Below, one piece after another: positions 28,395 to 39,000 of a DNA stretch of 64,000 bases. Position 1 is the stretch's first letter. The number at the start of each line of letters is the position of its first letter. Source of the stretch: a bacterium. GTDB taxonomy: Bacteria; SAR324; XYD2-FULL-50-16. A program made the position numbers and the translations under genes. The DNA lies in the NCBI GenBank assembly GCA_032250835.1, contig JAVVEA010000005.1, positions 1-64,000 of the forward strand. The letters run 5' to 3'. The notes beneath the pieces were generated by a model. The model did not search any database. It was not told the DNA's origin and was given only the letters and a program-made list of their open reading frames with translations.

Positions 28395-29705
28395 ATGCCC
28401 CCGTCTATTGACAAGCGCAAACTGGCTCTTCTGATCACCGGCGACGAGGTCCTTTACGGTGACATCGTTGACACCAACTCCAGCCTGATCGCCAAGGCGC
28501 TACAAGAATTCGGCATGCGCCCTTCGAAAAAGCGGGTCGTCGGTGACGACCTGCTGGCTTTGGTTACGGAGCTCAAAGAGCTATCTAGCGAGATGGACCT
28601 TTTGTTCATCAACGGCGGCATGGGCTCTACGGTGGACGACCGCACCAACGAGGCCGTCTCGACGGCCTTCAACCTCCCCTTAACCGAACACCCCGAAGCC
28701 AAGGCCCATCTAGAACGCCGCGTGGGTGCGCAGATGGACCCCCAGTCGGTACATTACAAGCAATGCCGCCTACCCGAAGGGGCCATCACCTTCCACAACC
28801 CGGTGGGCTCGGCCTTAGGTTACGCTTGCCTGATCGGGGACTGCCTTTTGATCGCCACGCCCGGCCCGCCGGCCGAAGTGGGCAGTATGTTTGAGCACCA
28901 CATCATCCCCTGGTTACGGCTGCGGTTACAGCTGGGCCCCGCCGGAGAACTGCGCCGGTTTTTCATCTTAGGGCTCGGTGAATCGCGGATCGAGCGGATG
29001 ATCATGGCCCAATACCGTGACCATAACCCCTTTAACGAATTGCGGCTAGGCTTCCGCGCTGTCGCCCCCTTCACAGAAGTAAAGATTTGGGCAAGGCCCG
29101 AGCAGAAGGAACTGCTAGAGCAGACCAACCAAGAAATCTTAGACCTCTTTGGCCCCCATTGTTATAGCCAGGGGGACGAACTGCCCGGGGTGATCGCCAA
29201 GCTCCTGATCGACCGTCAAGAAACCTTTGCCAGTGCCGAGTCCTGTACCGGCGGCCTGATGGCCTCGTTGATCACCGCCCAACCGGGGATTTCCTCGATA
29301 TATTGGGGTGGCTTGGTTTCTTATGCCTATGAAGCCAAAGAAACGATGCTGGGCGTAGACCACGACTCCTTGGTACGCAACGGCGCGGTGAGCGAAAAAG
29401 TGGCCCGCGAGATGTTGCTAGGCTTACTTAAGACCAGCAAAGCCAAATGGGGCATCAGCATCACCGGCATCGCCGGGCCGACGGGCGAAACGGCAGAAAA
29501 ACCGCTGGGCACCGTATATATAGGTTTTGGTAGCGCCGAAAATCCCCAGGTACGTCATTTGGTGATCCAAAGAGAACGGACACAGTTCCAGCGATTTACC
29601 GCTCTAACCGCGCTAGACCTACTTCGGCGGGAAATCATGGGGCTCGATCCTTACGGCCCATATTACTACGACGAACTAACCAAGGGACGGTTACCCCAAG
29701 AATAG
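28395..29705 (+). CDS. cinA: CinA competence/damage-inducible protein (NMN deamidase domain)
   Basis: GDEVLYGDIVDTNS, AESCTGG, GAVSE, SITGIAGP. Confidence 0.93.
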   Translation: MPPSIDKRKLALLITGDEVLYGDIVDTNSSLIAKALQEFGMRPSKKRVVGDDLLALVTELKELSSEMDLLFINGGMGSTVDDRTNEAVSTAFNLPLTEHPEAKAHLERRVGAQMDPQSVHYKQCRLPEGAITFHNPVGSALGYACLIGDCLLIATPGPPAEVGSMFEHHIIPWLRLRLQLGPAGELRRFFILGLGESRIERMIMAQYRDHNPFNELRLGFRAVAPFTEVKIWARPEQKELLEQTNQEILDLFGPHCYSQGDELPGVIAKLLIDRQETFASAESCTGGLMASLITAQPGISSIYWGGLVSYAYEAKETMLGVDHDSLVRNGAVSEKVAREMLLGLLKTSKAKWGISITGIAGPTGETAEKPLGTVYIGFGSAENPQVRHLVIQRERTQFQRFTALTALDLLRREIMGLDPYGPYYYDELTKGRLPQE

Positions 29706-29735
29706 TTGACAATTTCTAAGTCTCCAAGTTAGCTT
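29706..29735 (+). promoter_or_regulatory. Putative sigma70 promoter of rpsU
   Basis: TTGACA-18 nt-TAGCTT. Confidence 0.5.
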
Positions 29736-29793
29736 GAGGGATAAACCCAGATTTTCGGAACCCTCTCACACTGAAAAGGAAGGTATTCGCTTC

Positions 29794-30003
29794 ATGGAGA
29801 TTAAAGTAGTCAACAACCAAGTCGAACGTGCCATGCGGGAGCTTAAACGCTTATTGATCCGCGAAGGCCTCTTTAAAGAACTCAAGAAGCGCCGCTACCA
29901 CGCCAAACCCTGTGTGAAGCGCAAGCTCAAGCGCGAGGAAGCCGAGAAGACCCGGCATAAGGACCGCAAGCGCGCTGCCGCTCGTGCCCGTAACTTCCTG
30001 TAG
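29794..30003 (+). CDS. rpsU: 30S ribosomal protein S21
   Basis: VERAMRELKR..REGLFKELKKRRYHAKP. Confidence 0.93.
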   Translation: MEIKVVNNQVERAMRELKRLLIREGLFKELKKRRYHAKPCVKRKLKREEAEKTRHKDRKRAAARARNFL

Positions 30004-30048
30004 TCAACAGACTTTTTGCAGTCAGCAGACTACCCGTAGGCTTCAGGC

Positions 30049-30225
30049 TTACAAGATATTGAAGCAACCTCGGTTGCTCCAGCCCCCTTTCTCTTCGGCC
30101 CCCCATTGGTGGGGCCGGAGCTGAATCCCAAAGACCCAGGAAACCCCCACTCCTTGGGCCAAGTTTTTGCGCTGGGCCGCCCCCAGCCCCTCTCTCAAAT
30201 TCATGGTCTCCTGGGCTCCGTCTGG
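30049..30225 (-). pseudogene. Decayed second copy of the lipoate-ligase gene 3' end
   Basis: Aligns with 30271-~30450 at ~222 bp offset (TTACAAGA.., CTCTTCGGC, CCATTGGTGGGGCCGGAG); QLRPHQWGAEE..ATE..FNIL* versus QLRPHQWSAEE..ATEGRFSVL*. Confidence 0.8.
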
Positions 30226-30270
30226 TTGCGCCTAGCTCCTGCAAATCGCAGATTCCCTATAGACCGGAAC

Positions 30271-31026
30271 TTACAAGACGCTAAAGCGACCTTCGGTGGC
30301 TTTAAGCCCTTGACGCTCTTCGGCACTCCATTGGTGGGGCCGGAGTTGAGCCCCAAAAGCCAAGGCAAAGGAAATCTCTAAGCGCTTGGCCAAACCTTCG
30401 GGCTCGACCTCGCCTAAGATTTCCCCCAAATTCGCCGTCTCTCGGGCCCAATCCTGCGCTGCCCGTTGGGGCCAAACCCTTTGATGCAAGTCCAGGTCCA
30501 AGCCTAAGAGGATCGAGCCATGCTGCAAAAGCCTTCCGCGGCTGCGCCGCTGGGCCGAACCAACCAGCTTGCGCCCCTGATACAAAATCTCATGCCCCGC
30601 CGCTTTGGCGAAACAAACCGAACTAACCGGGCGGAATTTGGCTTCTTCAGGTGCCGCAGACAAGCTGAGGCCCAAAGTGCTGAGTCCCGTTAATAGAGGT
30701 TGACGGATGTCCCGGTAGCTTTGGAGAATGGAACGAGCCATAGGGGGGACCCCAGCGGCAAAAGAATAGGTCAGCTCTAAGTGATGCAAGACCGCTTGGC
30801 CCCCAGTGGCACGGCGCACGAGGTCAATCCCGGCAGCCCGCGCCGCGCTCAGATTCATTTGCGGATCCGGGCCCTGGTTGCGACCCAAGCTTAAGGTCGG
30901 CCTCAGCCAGCCGTAAAAACGCAGCCACGCGCCGGGCTGCTCAAGCATCCATTGATCGATCGCCATTTGGCGGGCCCCCGAAGCGACTTCAAAGGGCAAA
31001 AGACCGATTTCATTGATTAGGGGCAT
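30271..31026 (-). CDS. Lipoate-protein ligase family protein (LplA/LipM-like)
   Basis: RRATGGQAVLH, KLVGSAQ, LQHGSI; divergent from lipA. Confidence 0.88.
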   Translation of the reverse strand: MPLINEIGLLPFEVASGARQMAIDQWMLEQPGAWLRFYGWLRPTLSLGRNQGPDPQMNLSAARAAGIDLVRRATGGQAVLHHLELTYSFAAGVPPMARSILQSYRDIRQPLLTGLSTLGLSLSAAPEEAKFRPVSSVCFAKAAGHEILYQGRKLVGSAQRRSRGRLLQHGSILLGLDLDLHQRVWPQRAAQDWARETANLGEILGEVEPEGLAKRLEISFALAFGAQLRPHQWSAEERQGLKATEGRFSVL

Positions 31027-31905
31027 GTGAAAGAGACTCCAAAAAGACAAGCCAAGCCGGACTGGCTCAAGGTCAGCCTACCTAAGGGACCGGAGTTTAG
31101 GCAGATTTCCGAACTCACGCGTAAAGAGGGACTGGCCACAGTCTGCGAAGAAGCCAAGTGCCCCAACCTGGGCGAGTGTTGGAGCTCAGGCACCGCCACC
31201 TTCATGTTGCTAGGCGAGGTCTGCACCCGGGCCTGTCGGTTTTGCTCCGTCGAGACCGCCGCACGTCCGGCCGCACCGGACCCACAGGAGCCCATCAAAA
31301 TCGCCCGCACCGCCAAGGCCTTAAAACTCAAGTATTTAGTCCTCACCTGCGTGGACCGGGATGACTTGCCCGACCTAGGTGCGGCCCATATGGCCAAGGT
31401 AGTAGAGCAGGTGCAATCAGCCAACCCCGAACTGATGGTGGAGCTGCTGGCCCCCGATTTTTCGGGCCGATTGGACCTCTTAGAACTGCTGTTGGAGCAT
31501 CCTCCTTTGGTGCTGGGGCATAACTTAGAAACCGTCGAGCGCTTGAGCAAACTAGCCCGCGACCCGCGCTGTGGTTACCGACAATCCCTTGAGGTTTTAG
31601 GCCACATCAAAAAATATTCCCCCCAACAACGCACCAAGTCCAGCCTCCTATTAGGCTTAGGCGAAAGCCGCGAAGAAACGCTGCAAGCCATGAAAGACCT
31701 ACGCGAAGCACAGGTAGACTTTTTGACCCTCGGACAATATCTACAGCCCACTAAAGCCAAGCTACCGGTTCTCCGCTACCTTAGCCCCGAAGAATTTACC
31801 GAATTAGGTCAGTTGGGACGGGAAATGGGTTTCGCTTACGTCGCCTCGGGCCCTTTGGTACGCAGCAGCTACCGGGCCTTTGAATATTTCATGGCCAAGC
31901 AATGA
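31027..31905 (+). CDS. lipA: Lipoyl synthase
   Basis: TVCEEAKCPNLGECW, CTRACRFC, GPLVRSSY. Confidence 0.96.
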   Translation: MKETPKRQAKPDWLKVSLPKGPEFRQISELTRKEGLATVCEEAKCPNLGECWSSGTATFMLLGEVCTRACRFCSVETAARPAAPDPQEPIKIARTAKALKLKYLVLTCVDRDDLPDLGAAHMAKVVEQVQSANPELMVELLAPDFSGRLDLLELLLEHPPLVLGHNLETVERLSKLARDPRCGYRQSLEVLGHIKKYSPQQRTKSSLLLGLGESREETLQAMKDLREAQVDFLTLGQYLQPTKAKLPVLRYLSPEEFTELGQLGREMGFAYVASGPLVRSSYRAFEYFMAKQ

Positions 31906-32582
31906 AAAGGCTTTTGCGCTCCTTTGCACCTGGGCGCTGGTGTTACGGCTGTGGCTTATTGATGGAGCCTAGCGAGCCGATGGGCATCTGCCCGACTTGT
32001 GTGGGGCGGTTGCCTTGGTTTGAAGAAGAAATTTGCTTTTATTGCGGCTACGCCCATCTCAAGGGAGATTGCCGCGAAGACTTTGCCCCCGACATCACTC
32101 AGCTAAAGAGCCTCTTTTACTACCGTGAGCCCGTCAACCAGTGGGTTGCGGCGCTCAAGTATTCTCGGGATCTGATTGCCGGGCGGCTGCTGCAACAGCT
32201 ACTAACCCAGTGGATGGAGCGCCAGACCGAATGGCTCAGCCAGTATGACCTAATCCTACCGGTACCGATCCACCACGCCCGCCTGCGGATGCGGGGCTTC
32301 AACCAAACGTCTTACCTCCTACGCCAACAAACCCAACTCCCCTTAGGCAGCCAATTAGCCAAGAAGACCCGCTATACCAAGCACCAAGCCGGATTGAGCG
32401 GTAAGGGCCGTCTGACCAACCTCCACAAAAGCTTCGGGGCCCAAGGGGTCGAGGGACTAAATATCTTGTTGTTTGATGATGTCTGCACCAGCGGCCAAAC
32501 CTTAGACCAGCTAGCCCATTGCCTTAAAAAAGAGGGCGCCGAGGAGATTGGAGCCCTGAGCCTTTGCCGCAGCAGCAATTAA
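31902..32582 (+). CDS. comF: ComF family protein (Zn-ribbon + PRTase)
   Basis: CxxC pairs, PVPIH..RGFNQ, LFDDVCTSGQT. Confidence 0.85.
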   Translation: MKRLLRSFAPGRWCYGCGLLMEPSEPMGICPTCVGRLPWFEEEICFYCGYAHLKGDCREDFAPDITQLKSLFYYREPVNQWVAALKYSRDLIAGRLLQQLLTQWMERQTEWLSQYDLILPVPIHHARLRMRGFNQTSYLLRQQTQLPLGSQLAKKTRYTKHQAGLSGKGRLTNLHKSFGAQGVEGLNILLFDDVCTSGQTLDQLAHCLKKEGAEEIGALSLCRSSN

Positions 32583-33808
32583 CGCTCAAAGGCTGCCGTT
32601 TCGCGGGTCATGCTAGATAGGCGGCGCACATGGGCCTGAGCCGCTTCGGTAAAGGCCTTGGTTTTGGTTTGGTCCTTGCGAACCAGCGTTTCGGCGGCGG
32701 TCAACGCGGTGGCCACCATTTTGGCCTGTTCGGCCGGTTGGAACAATCCTTCGCACTTGTAGGTAATCAGCCCCAAATTAAGGTAAGGATCTGCCTCAAA
32801 GGGCTGGTTCACGGGCTGGTTTTCCATCTTCAGCATCGCGCTGTGGTTTTCCTGGAAGATCACTTTAGCCACCCGGCGCATACGTTCTTCGTTTTTTTCG
32901 GCCTCTGCTATGCGGAAGAGGCTAAAATGTCGAACCGACTGGATCGACACCTTGCGGATCGCTAAAGCCGAGGTCAAAGAGGGGATCGCATCCATCAAGC
33001 GGTCTACCAGCGGATGTAACAGAGGCACCTTGGCTGCGGCGACGCCAAAGGCATAGGTAAAGGAAATCGTCTCGTTGGCCGTAAAATAGCCCACGGGCTC
33101 CTTGGGCTTACCGGCCTCAATCGACTGAGCGGCCCGCTCAATCCGCTCAAAGTTGATTCCGTGCGCGTAGGCATTGGCCATGATCTTCTTTTTCAGGTGG
33201 CCTACCACGGCACGGCCCTTGACCATTTCATCGGTCAATAGATCCAACATCGAACTACCAAACTCCATCTTGGCCCGGGCCAGGGCGGCTTTGTCGCCGC
33301 GAAATTCCCTGGAAAGTTTGTCAAACTGCCGCTTGTAGCGCTCCAACAGCAAATGGTAGAGCCTAAAGAAGTTTTCGAAGTTGTAAAGACTCATGCCGTC
33401 AAAGATCAGCGCCGAAGCGGCATCTTTGTTCGCCTGCTTGAGCGCCCCAAACATCGCCGAAGGGTTTGATGAGTTCATGTTGATGCCATGGGTACAAATC
33501 GCCGAAAGCATCAGTAAGTTGGGGTTGTAGGGGTGCATCTTCTTGAGCTTTTGCAACTGCGCCATGGTTTTACCTGGCGACTGGGCCGCCTCTTTGCGTA
33601 GCGCAATGATCTCGTCTTCAGGCAATTCCTTTTGAAATACCTTGAATATTTTCTTGCCTGAAAAGCGGCTGGTGCTAGGTAGCGAAATTTTCCAAAAGTC
33701 GTCGCGCTGGGGCAGGGGGAGTTGCAGCGCCTCTTCGAGCCGTTTGATAGCCGGACCCTCACTGACGATATCGTCTGGGGCTATTTCTTGTTTTGGGCTG
33801 CGTGCCAT
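32579..33808 (-). CDS. Hypothetical, probably alpha-helical protein
   Basis: ~410 aa ORF, no recognised motif. Confidence 0.7.
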   Translation of the reverse strand: MARSPKQEIAPDDIVSEGPAIKRLEEALQLPLPQRDDFWKISLPSTSRFSGKKIFKVFQKELPEDEIIALRKEAAQSPGKTMAQLQKLKKMHPYNPNLLMLSAICTHGINMNSSNPSAMFGALKQANKDAASALIFDGMSLYNFENFFRLYHLLLERYKRQFDKLSREFRGDKAALARAKMEFGSSMLDLLTDEMVKGRAVVGHLKKKIMANAYAHGINFERIERAAQSIEAGKPKEPVGYFTANETISFTYAFGVAAAKVPLLHPLVDRLMDAIPSLTSALAIRKVSIQSVRHFSLFRIAEAEKNEERMRRVAKVIFQENHSAMLKMENQPVNQPFEADPYLNLGLITYKCEGLFQPAEQAKMVATALTAAETLVRKDQTKTKAFTEAAQAHVRRLSSMTRETAAFER

Positions 33809-34044
33809 ATAACTAGGACCACCATGGATCAAGATTGTTGCCCATAACCCGCCCCGCAACCGGTTATGTGGCCCCCATGGCCACTGGAACCGGCTTGAGG
33901 GGGAGAATATCTAGACTTTTGCGCCCCTTTGACGCATAGTGTGTAGCAAGGGGCAAGTAGCGCCCCAAAGATAATAAATCCAAGCGAATTGATCAAGGTA
34001 ATCTTCCATCAAGGCTCTGGCCCAAACCCAAGACAAGCGCTTCA

Positions 34045-34329
34045 ATGGCACCTACCCTGTCGGCGATCCGTATTTACATTTCCGGTCTAGTTCAAGGCGT
34101 ATACTTCCGCGCAACCTGCCAACAAGAAGCCCGCCAACTGGGCATAAAGGGTTGGGTTAGAAACCTCCCTGATGGTCGGGTTGAGGTGTACGCTCTTGGC
34201 GAAGACAAAGACCTGGAAGAACTAAAAAAATGGTGCCGCAAGGGACCCAGCGGATCTCGGGTGGACACGGTGCAAACAAGTGAAGATCAAATCGAAGAGG
34301 GTTTGCACAACTTCAAAATCCTCTATTAA
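34045..34329 (+). CDS. acyP: Acylphosphatase
   Basis: GLVQGVYFR, GWVRNLPDGRVE. Confidence 0.93.
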   Translation: MAPTLSAIRIYISGLVQGVYFRATCQQEARQLGIKGWVRNLPDGRVEVYALGEDKDLEELKKWCRKGPSGSRVDTVQTSEDQIEEGLHNFKILY

Positions 34330-34336
34330 CCCCAAC

Positions 34337-35455
34337 ATGAAAAGCATCAACATCTCGCTGGTCCGCCAAGCCACACAATACCAAATCCAGATTGGCACGG
34401 GTTTGATGGTGCAGGGCTTAAAAGACCTTTTGGCTGGATACAAAGAAACCTTCGTTTACATCGTCACCAACGACCGGGTCGATAGCCTTTACCCTATGGC
34501 CGTCGAGCAAGCCCTGCCGCAGGGGTTGCAGTCGAAAAAGCTGGTTTTGCCAGACGGGGAACTCTACAAAAACTTAGACAGCCTCAGCCGCATCTATGAC
34601 TTCCTGACCCAAGGGGGTGCCAACCGCAAGAGCATCCTGATAGCCTTTGGGGGCGGCGTGATCGGTGACATGACCGGTTTCGCGGCGGCCACCTATATGC
34701 GGGGAATTGCCTACATCCAGCTACCCACCACCTTACTCTCCCAGGTAGACAGCAGCGTCGGCGGCAAAACGGCGGTAAACCACCGATTCGCAAAAAACAG
34801 CATCGGGGCCTTCAAGCAACCCATCGGGGTGGTGATCGACGTAGACTTCCTCAAGACCCTGCCACAACGGGAGTTTTTAGCCGGCTATGCCGAGTTGATC
34901 AAACATGGCTTCATTGCCGACGTTTATCTCTACCAGATTTTAAGCCGCACCACCCCGGCCGCACTCCACCAAGACCAAAACCTGCTGACCGACGCAATCT
35001 CACGTAGTTGTCAGGTTAAGGCCAATGTGGTGGAGCAAGACGAGCGAGAGCACTTCCAACGAGCTTTATTGAACTTTGGCCACACCTTGGCGCACTTCAT
35101 CGAAACCTATACGGGCTATGATCAATACCTACACGGCGAAGCGGTAATCGCCGGGATGGACTTTGCGGCCTTTTGGTCCTGGCGCAAGGGGCACCTTGAA
35201 CAAGACGATTGGCATCGAGTCCATGATCATTTAACGGGCTTGGGCTTAAAACTAAGCTATCCGGCGGTGGGCAAAGAAACCTTTTTGGAGCTGTTAGGCC
35301 ACGACAAAAAGATGTCCTCCCAAGGGGTCTCCTTTGTGGCGTTAACCAGCATTGGGCACGCGCTAATTGTAGAGAAAGTCCCGCTCGAAAGCCTTTGGGA
35401 CCAATACCAAGCCTACTTGGCCCTCGAAACGTCCTTGGTGGACGAGGTCGCTTGA
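34337..35455 (+). CDS. aroB: 3-dehydroquinate synthase
   Basis: GGGVIGD, DSSVGGKT, LNFGHT, HGEAV. Confidence 0.96.
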   Translation: MKSINISLVRQATQYQIQIGTGLMVQGLKDLLAGYKETFVYIVTNDRVDSLYPMAVEQALPQGLQSKKLVLPDGELYKNLDSLSRIYDFLTQGGANRKSILIAFGGGVIGDMTGFAAATYMRGIAYIQLPTTLLSQVDSSVGGKTAVNHRFAKNSIGAFKQPIGVVIDVDFLKTLPQREFLAGYAELIKHGFIADVYLYQILSRTTPAALHQDQNLLTDAISRSCQVKANVVEQDEREHFQRALLNFGHTLAHFIETYTGYDQYLHGEAVIAGMDFAAFWSWRKGHLEQDDWHRVHDHLTGLGLKLSYPAVGKETFLELLGHDKKMSSQGVSFVALTSIGHALIVEKVPLESLWDQYQAYLALETSLVDEVA

Positions 35456-36087
35456 AGCTAAGGGGCCGCAGCCGTTGGGTTCTGTTGCTTTGGGGACTGT
35501 TGGCCTCCTGTAGCCAACCTCAAGCCCAATTACACCCCAGGCTTGACCCCCAATCCTTTGACCCACCCCCCGCAGCGCGCGAGTTGTTCTTTGAACAAGG
35601 CCGGGTGCGGCTAGTCGACTTAACCACCCAACAAGAGGACTTAAAACTACTCAAACAGCTATGGTACGACGGCATAGGCCAGCGCCTAGACGAGCAACAA
35701 CCGGTCTCTCGCTTGAGCCGAGACGAGATTTGGGTTTTAGACCTACTTTTGAGTGAGCATCTAAGCGCCTTTTACTTGTGGCCTGAAGGTAAGGTACCTA
35801 TCGAGCAACTGACCGAGGAACTTTGTGAGCCCATAAGCCGGAGGCAACTAGACTTTATGTCCCAAACCCAATCCGAGGAATTCCGCAACCTGCCCAGCCA
35901 GTTGTTGCTGATCAGCTTAGCCGAACTCACCCTGCGCCAGGGAGCCAGCCCGAAATACCCTCAAATCTATTCTCAGACCTTACGCAAAGAGGCGGGCTTA
36001 CCGCCGCGAATCTCCTTGAGTGACCTGTGGATTCCTGGTAATTTAAAGGAACTCAAAACCCAAGGGTTTTGGATCTGTCGCCGATAG
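35452..36087 (+). CDS. Hypothetical lipoprotein
   Basis: TTG start overlapping aroB stop; lipobox LLASC. Confidence 0.6.
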   Translation: MKLRGRSRWVLLLWGLLASCSQPQAQLHPRLDPQSFDPPPAARELFFEQGRVRLVDLTTQQEDLKLLKQLWYDGIGQRLDEQQPVSRLSRDEIWVLDLLLSEHLSAFYLWPEGKVPIEQLTEELCEPISRRQLDFMSQTQSEEFRNLPSQLLLISLAELTLRQGASPKYPQIYSQTLRKEAGLPPRISLSDLWIPGNLKELKTQGFWICRR

Positions 36088-36089
36088 CC

Positions 36090-39000
36090 ATGACCTTAAT
36101 TAGCGAATACCCACAATTCCAACTGATCCTCGATCACCCCTATGCGGAGCTGTATCGAGCCGAAAAAGAACATGGCCTGATCAAGCGGGTCATTCTCCAG
36201 ACGCTCACCAACGAAGCGCGCGAGATCATCGAAGCCATCGACCCCAAGAGTTCCCTCCCCCAACTGATCCCTCCGCATCAAATTCGGCTTAAAAAAGGCG
36301 AGTTTTTGCTGGTCTATGAAAACTGCGATCTGCTCTTTTTGCCGCAGTACGTTACCGGCCCCATGGAAAGCGGGGCCTTTTTGGACTTGGCCGTTAACTT
36401 GGTGGCGGCCGTAGAAGGACTGCATAAAAACGGCCTGATCCATAAGGATTTAACGCCCTTTAATATTTTGATCGATCCGGTCGGCAGTAAGACCTACCTG
36501 ACCGGGTTTTATTGCGCCCAAGGCCGCAATCTTTTGGAATCGGACATCAGCCCGTTCCATAACCTAGAAGAAGCCTTTGTCTATCAGGCTCCCGAACAAT
36601 CGGGGCGGATCAACCGCGAGGTCGGCGCTTCGGTGGACCTTTACGCTTTAGGCGCGATCTTCTTTGAATTACTGAGCGGGCATCCTCCCTTTGCCACCAA
36701 AGACCAAATGGAGTTGATCCACAGCCACATCGCGATAGTGCCGCCTCCCTTATCAGTAGAGCGGCCCGATGTCCCGCCGGTGTTAGACCGCATCTTACAA
36801 AAGCTCTTGGCGAAAACCGCTCAAGAACGCTACCGCACCGCCAGCAGCCTTCTGAGCGACCTCCTGCATTGCCAGCGTGATTGGCAAGAAAAGCAACGGG
36901 TCGACGACTTCGAGTTGGATTTCCGCGCCACGGAGCATAATTTCCGCCTGCCCACCCGGATGTACGGCGTTGAGGAGCACCGACGCACCTTGACCGAAGC
37001 CTTCGATCAAGTGGCCTTGGGCGGCGTCGAGATGTTGATGGTCAAAGGAGCAGCAGGCTTAGGGAAGTCCAGCTTGGTGAAATTGATTAAAGGCCCCCTA
37101 AAAGAACGCGGTGGGTACTTGATCGAAGGCCGTTTCGAACGACAACATAAAGACACCCCCTATTTTAGTCTGCGCGAAGCCTTTGAAGACCTCGTTGCCC
37201 ATCTCTTGACCCAAGAAGAAAAGCAACTAGAGGTTTGGCGCAAACGACTTAAATACGAACTAGGCGAGAACCTACCGATCTTAGCGGACTTACTACCCGA
37301 CCTAAGGCTGATTTTGGGTAGCGACCTGCCTAACCTGCCGGTCGATCCGCTAGAGATACAAAACCGGATTGGCCATGCTATCCAGAAATTTTTAGGCTGC
37401 TTTACCCAAGAAGGTAAGCCGCTGGTGATCTTCTTAGACAACTTCCACTTTGCCGACTCGGCCTCGTTGCTGGCATTGCAGCAGTTTTTGACGGACGTCA
37501 ACAGCCGCCACTTGATGCTGTTGGTGGCTTTCCGTGATTCACTGGCGCTTCAGTCGGTGAGTCTAAACATGTTTTTAGAAGAAGTGGAAAAGTCCGGGGT
37601 CCCGATCAAGGAGCTGCGGGTCCGCCCTTTGCGTGAAAAGGACCTCAACGCTATGTTGGCCGAGGCATACGGCTCGGAACAGGACTTTAGCGAGCTAGCC
37701 CACCTGATCTTAGACAAAACCAACGGCAACCCTTTTTTCGTCAAACAACTCTTAGAGCACCTCAACGAAAACTCCTTAATCTCTTGGGACGAAGCGGTCG
37801 GCACTTGGGTTTGGCAGATAGAAGACATCCACAAAACGGCGCAAAGCAAGGACGTAGTGGATTTATTGATCCAAAAGATCAATAGCCTCAGCCCCGAATC
37901 AGCTGAAACCATCAAGACCGCCGCCTGCATCGGCACCCAATTCGACTTAAACACCCTTGCGCTGTCCTTGGATTTGACGCCTCAAGTCCTGATGGAACGC
38001 CTAGAGGAGCCACTCAAAAAGGGATTGATCTACCGCGAGGTGCGCGCAAACGATGAGGAAATTTCTTTCCACTTCCTGCACAACCGCATCCACATGGCCG
38101 CGCTTAGCCTGTGGGAGCCTAAGGAAAAGCGGGAGCGGCACTTAATCATCGGGCGTCACTTAGTGGCGCACCGCCCCGAACACCCAACCGAAGATTGGGT
38201 CTTTAAGACCGTCAACCAACTCAACCTGGCCGTCGAGTTGATCAGCGAACCCTTTGAGCGGCATGAACTAGCCCGTCTCAACCTGATGGCTGGGGACTAT
38301 TCACGGGCCATTGCCGCCTATGAAACCGCTTGGACCTACTATAGCCAAGGGACTGAGCTGCTGCGCGAAGACAGTTGGCGCAGTGATTATGAGCTGAGCA
38401 AAGAGCTGTTTGTGCGGCGCGCCGAAGCCGAATACTTTACCGGCAATACCGAGGCCTTCAAGCCCATCTTCCAACTACTCTACGACAATCTACGCTCCGA
38501 CGAAGAACGCGAAGAAGTAATCAACATCAAGCTCAACCTCTTCATTAAGACCGGGGATCTCAAACAGGCTTTAGAGATAGGCGTCGATGCGATCAACCAC
38601 TTCTCGGACGAAAAGGTCCCGCCCAATGATTCCGAAGTGACCATTGTCGCCCAAGTAAAAATGCAGGAGATGGCTGCCCGGTTGGCCAAACACAAGATCG
38701 AAACCTTGCAGTTTTTAGATCCCATGAAAAACGGCCGCAAGCAAGCCTTGATGAAGCTTGTGGGCAACGTGATCCCGGCGGCGGTGATTGCTCGGCGTAA
38801 TCTTTGGGTCTATTTGACCTTAAAGATGGTCGAAACGAGCCTCAACGAAGGCAACTGCCCCAGTTCGGCCTACGGCTACATGAACTACGCGGTTTTGCTC
38901 TGCGCGGGCATGGAAGATTACCAACAGGGCTATACTATGGGCAAAATGGCGCTGGACCTGAACCGGCAGGTTGAAAACCGTGCCCTGAGCAGCCAGCTCA

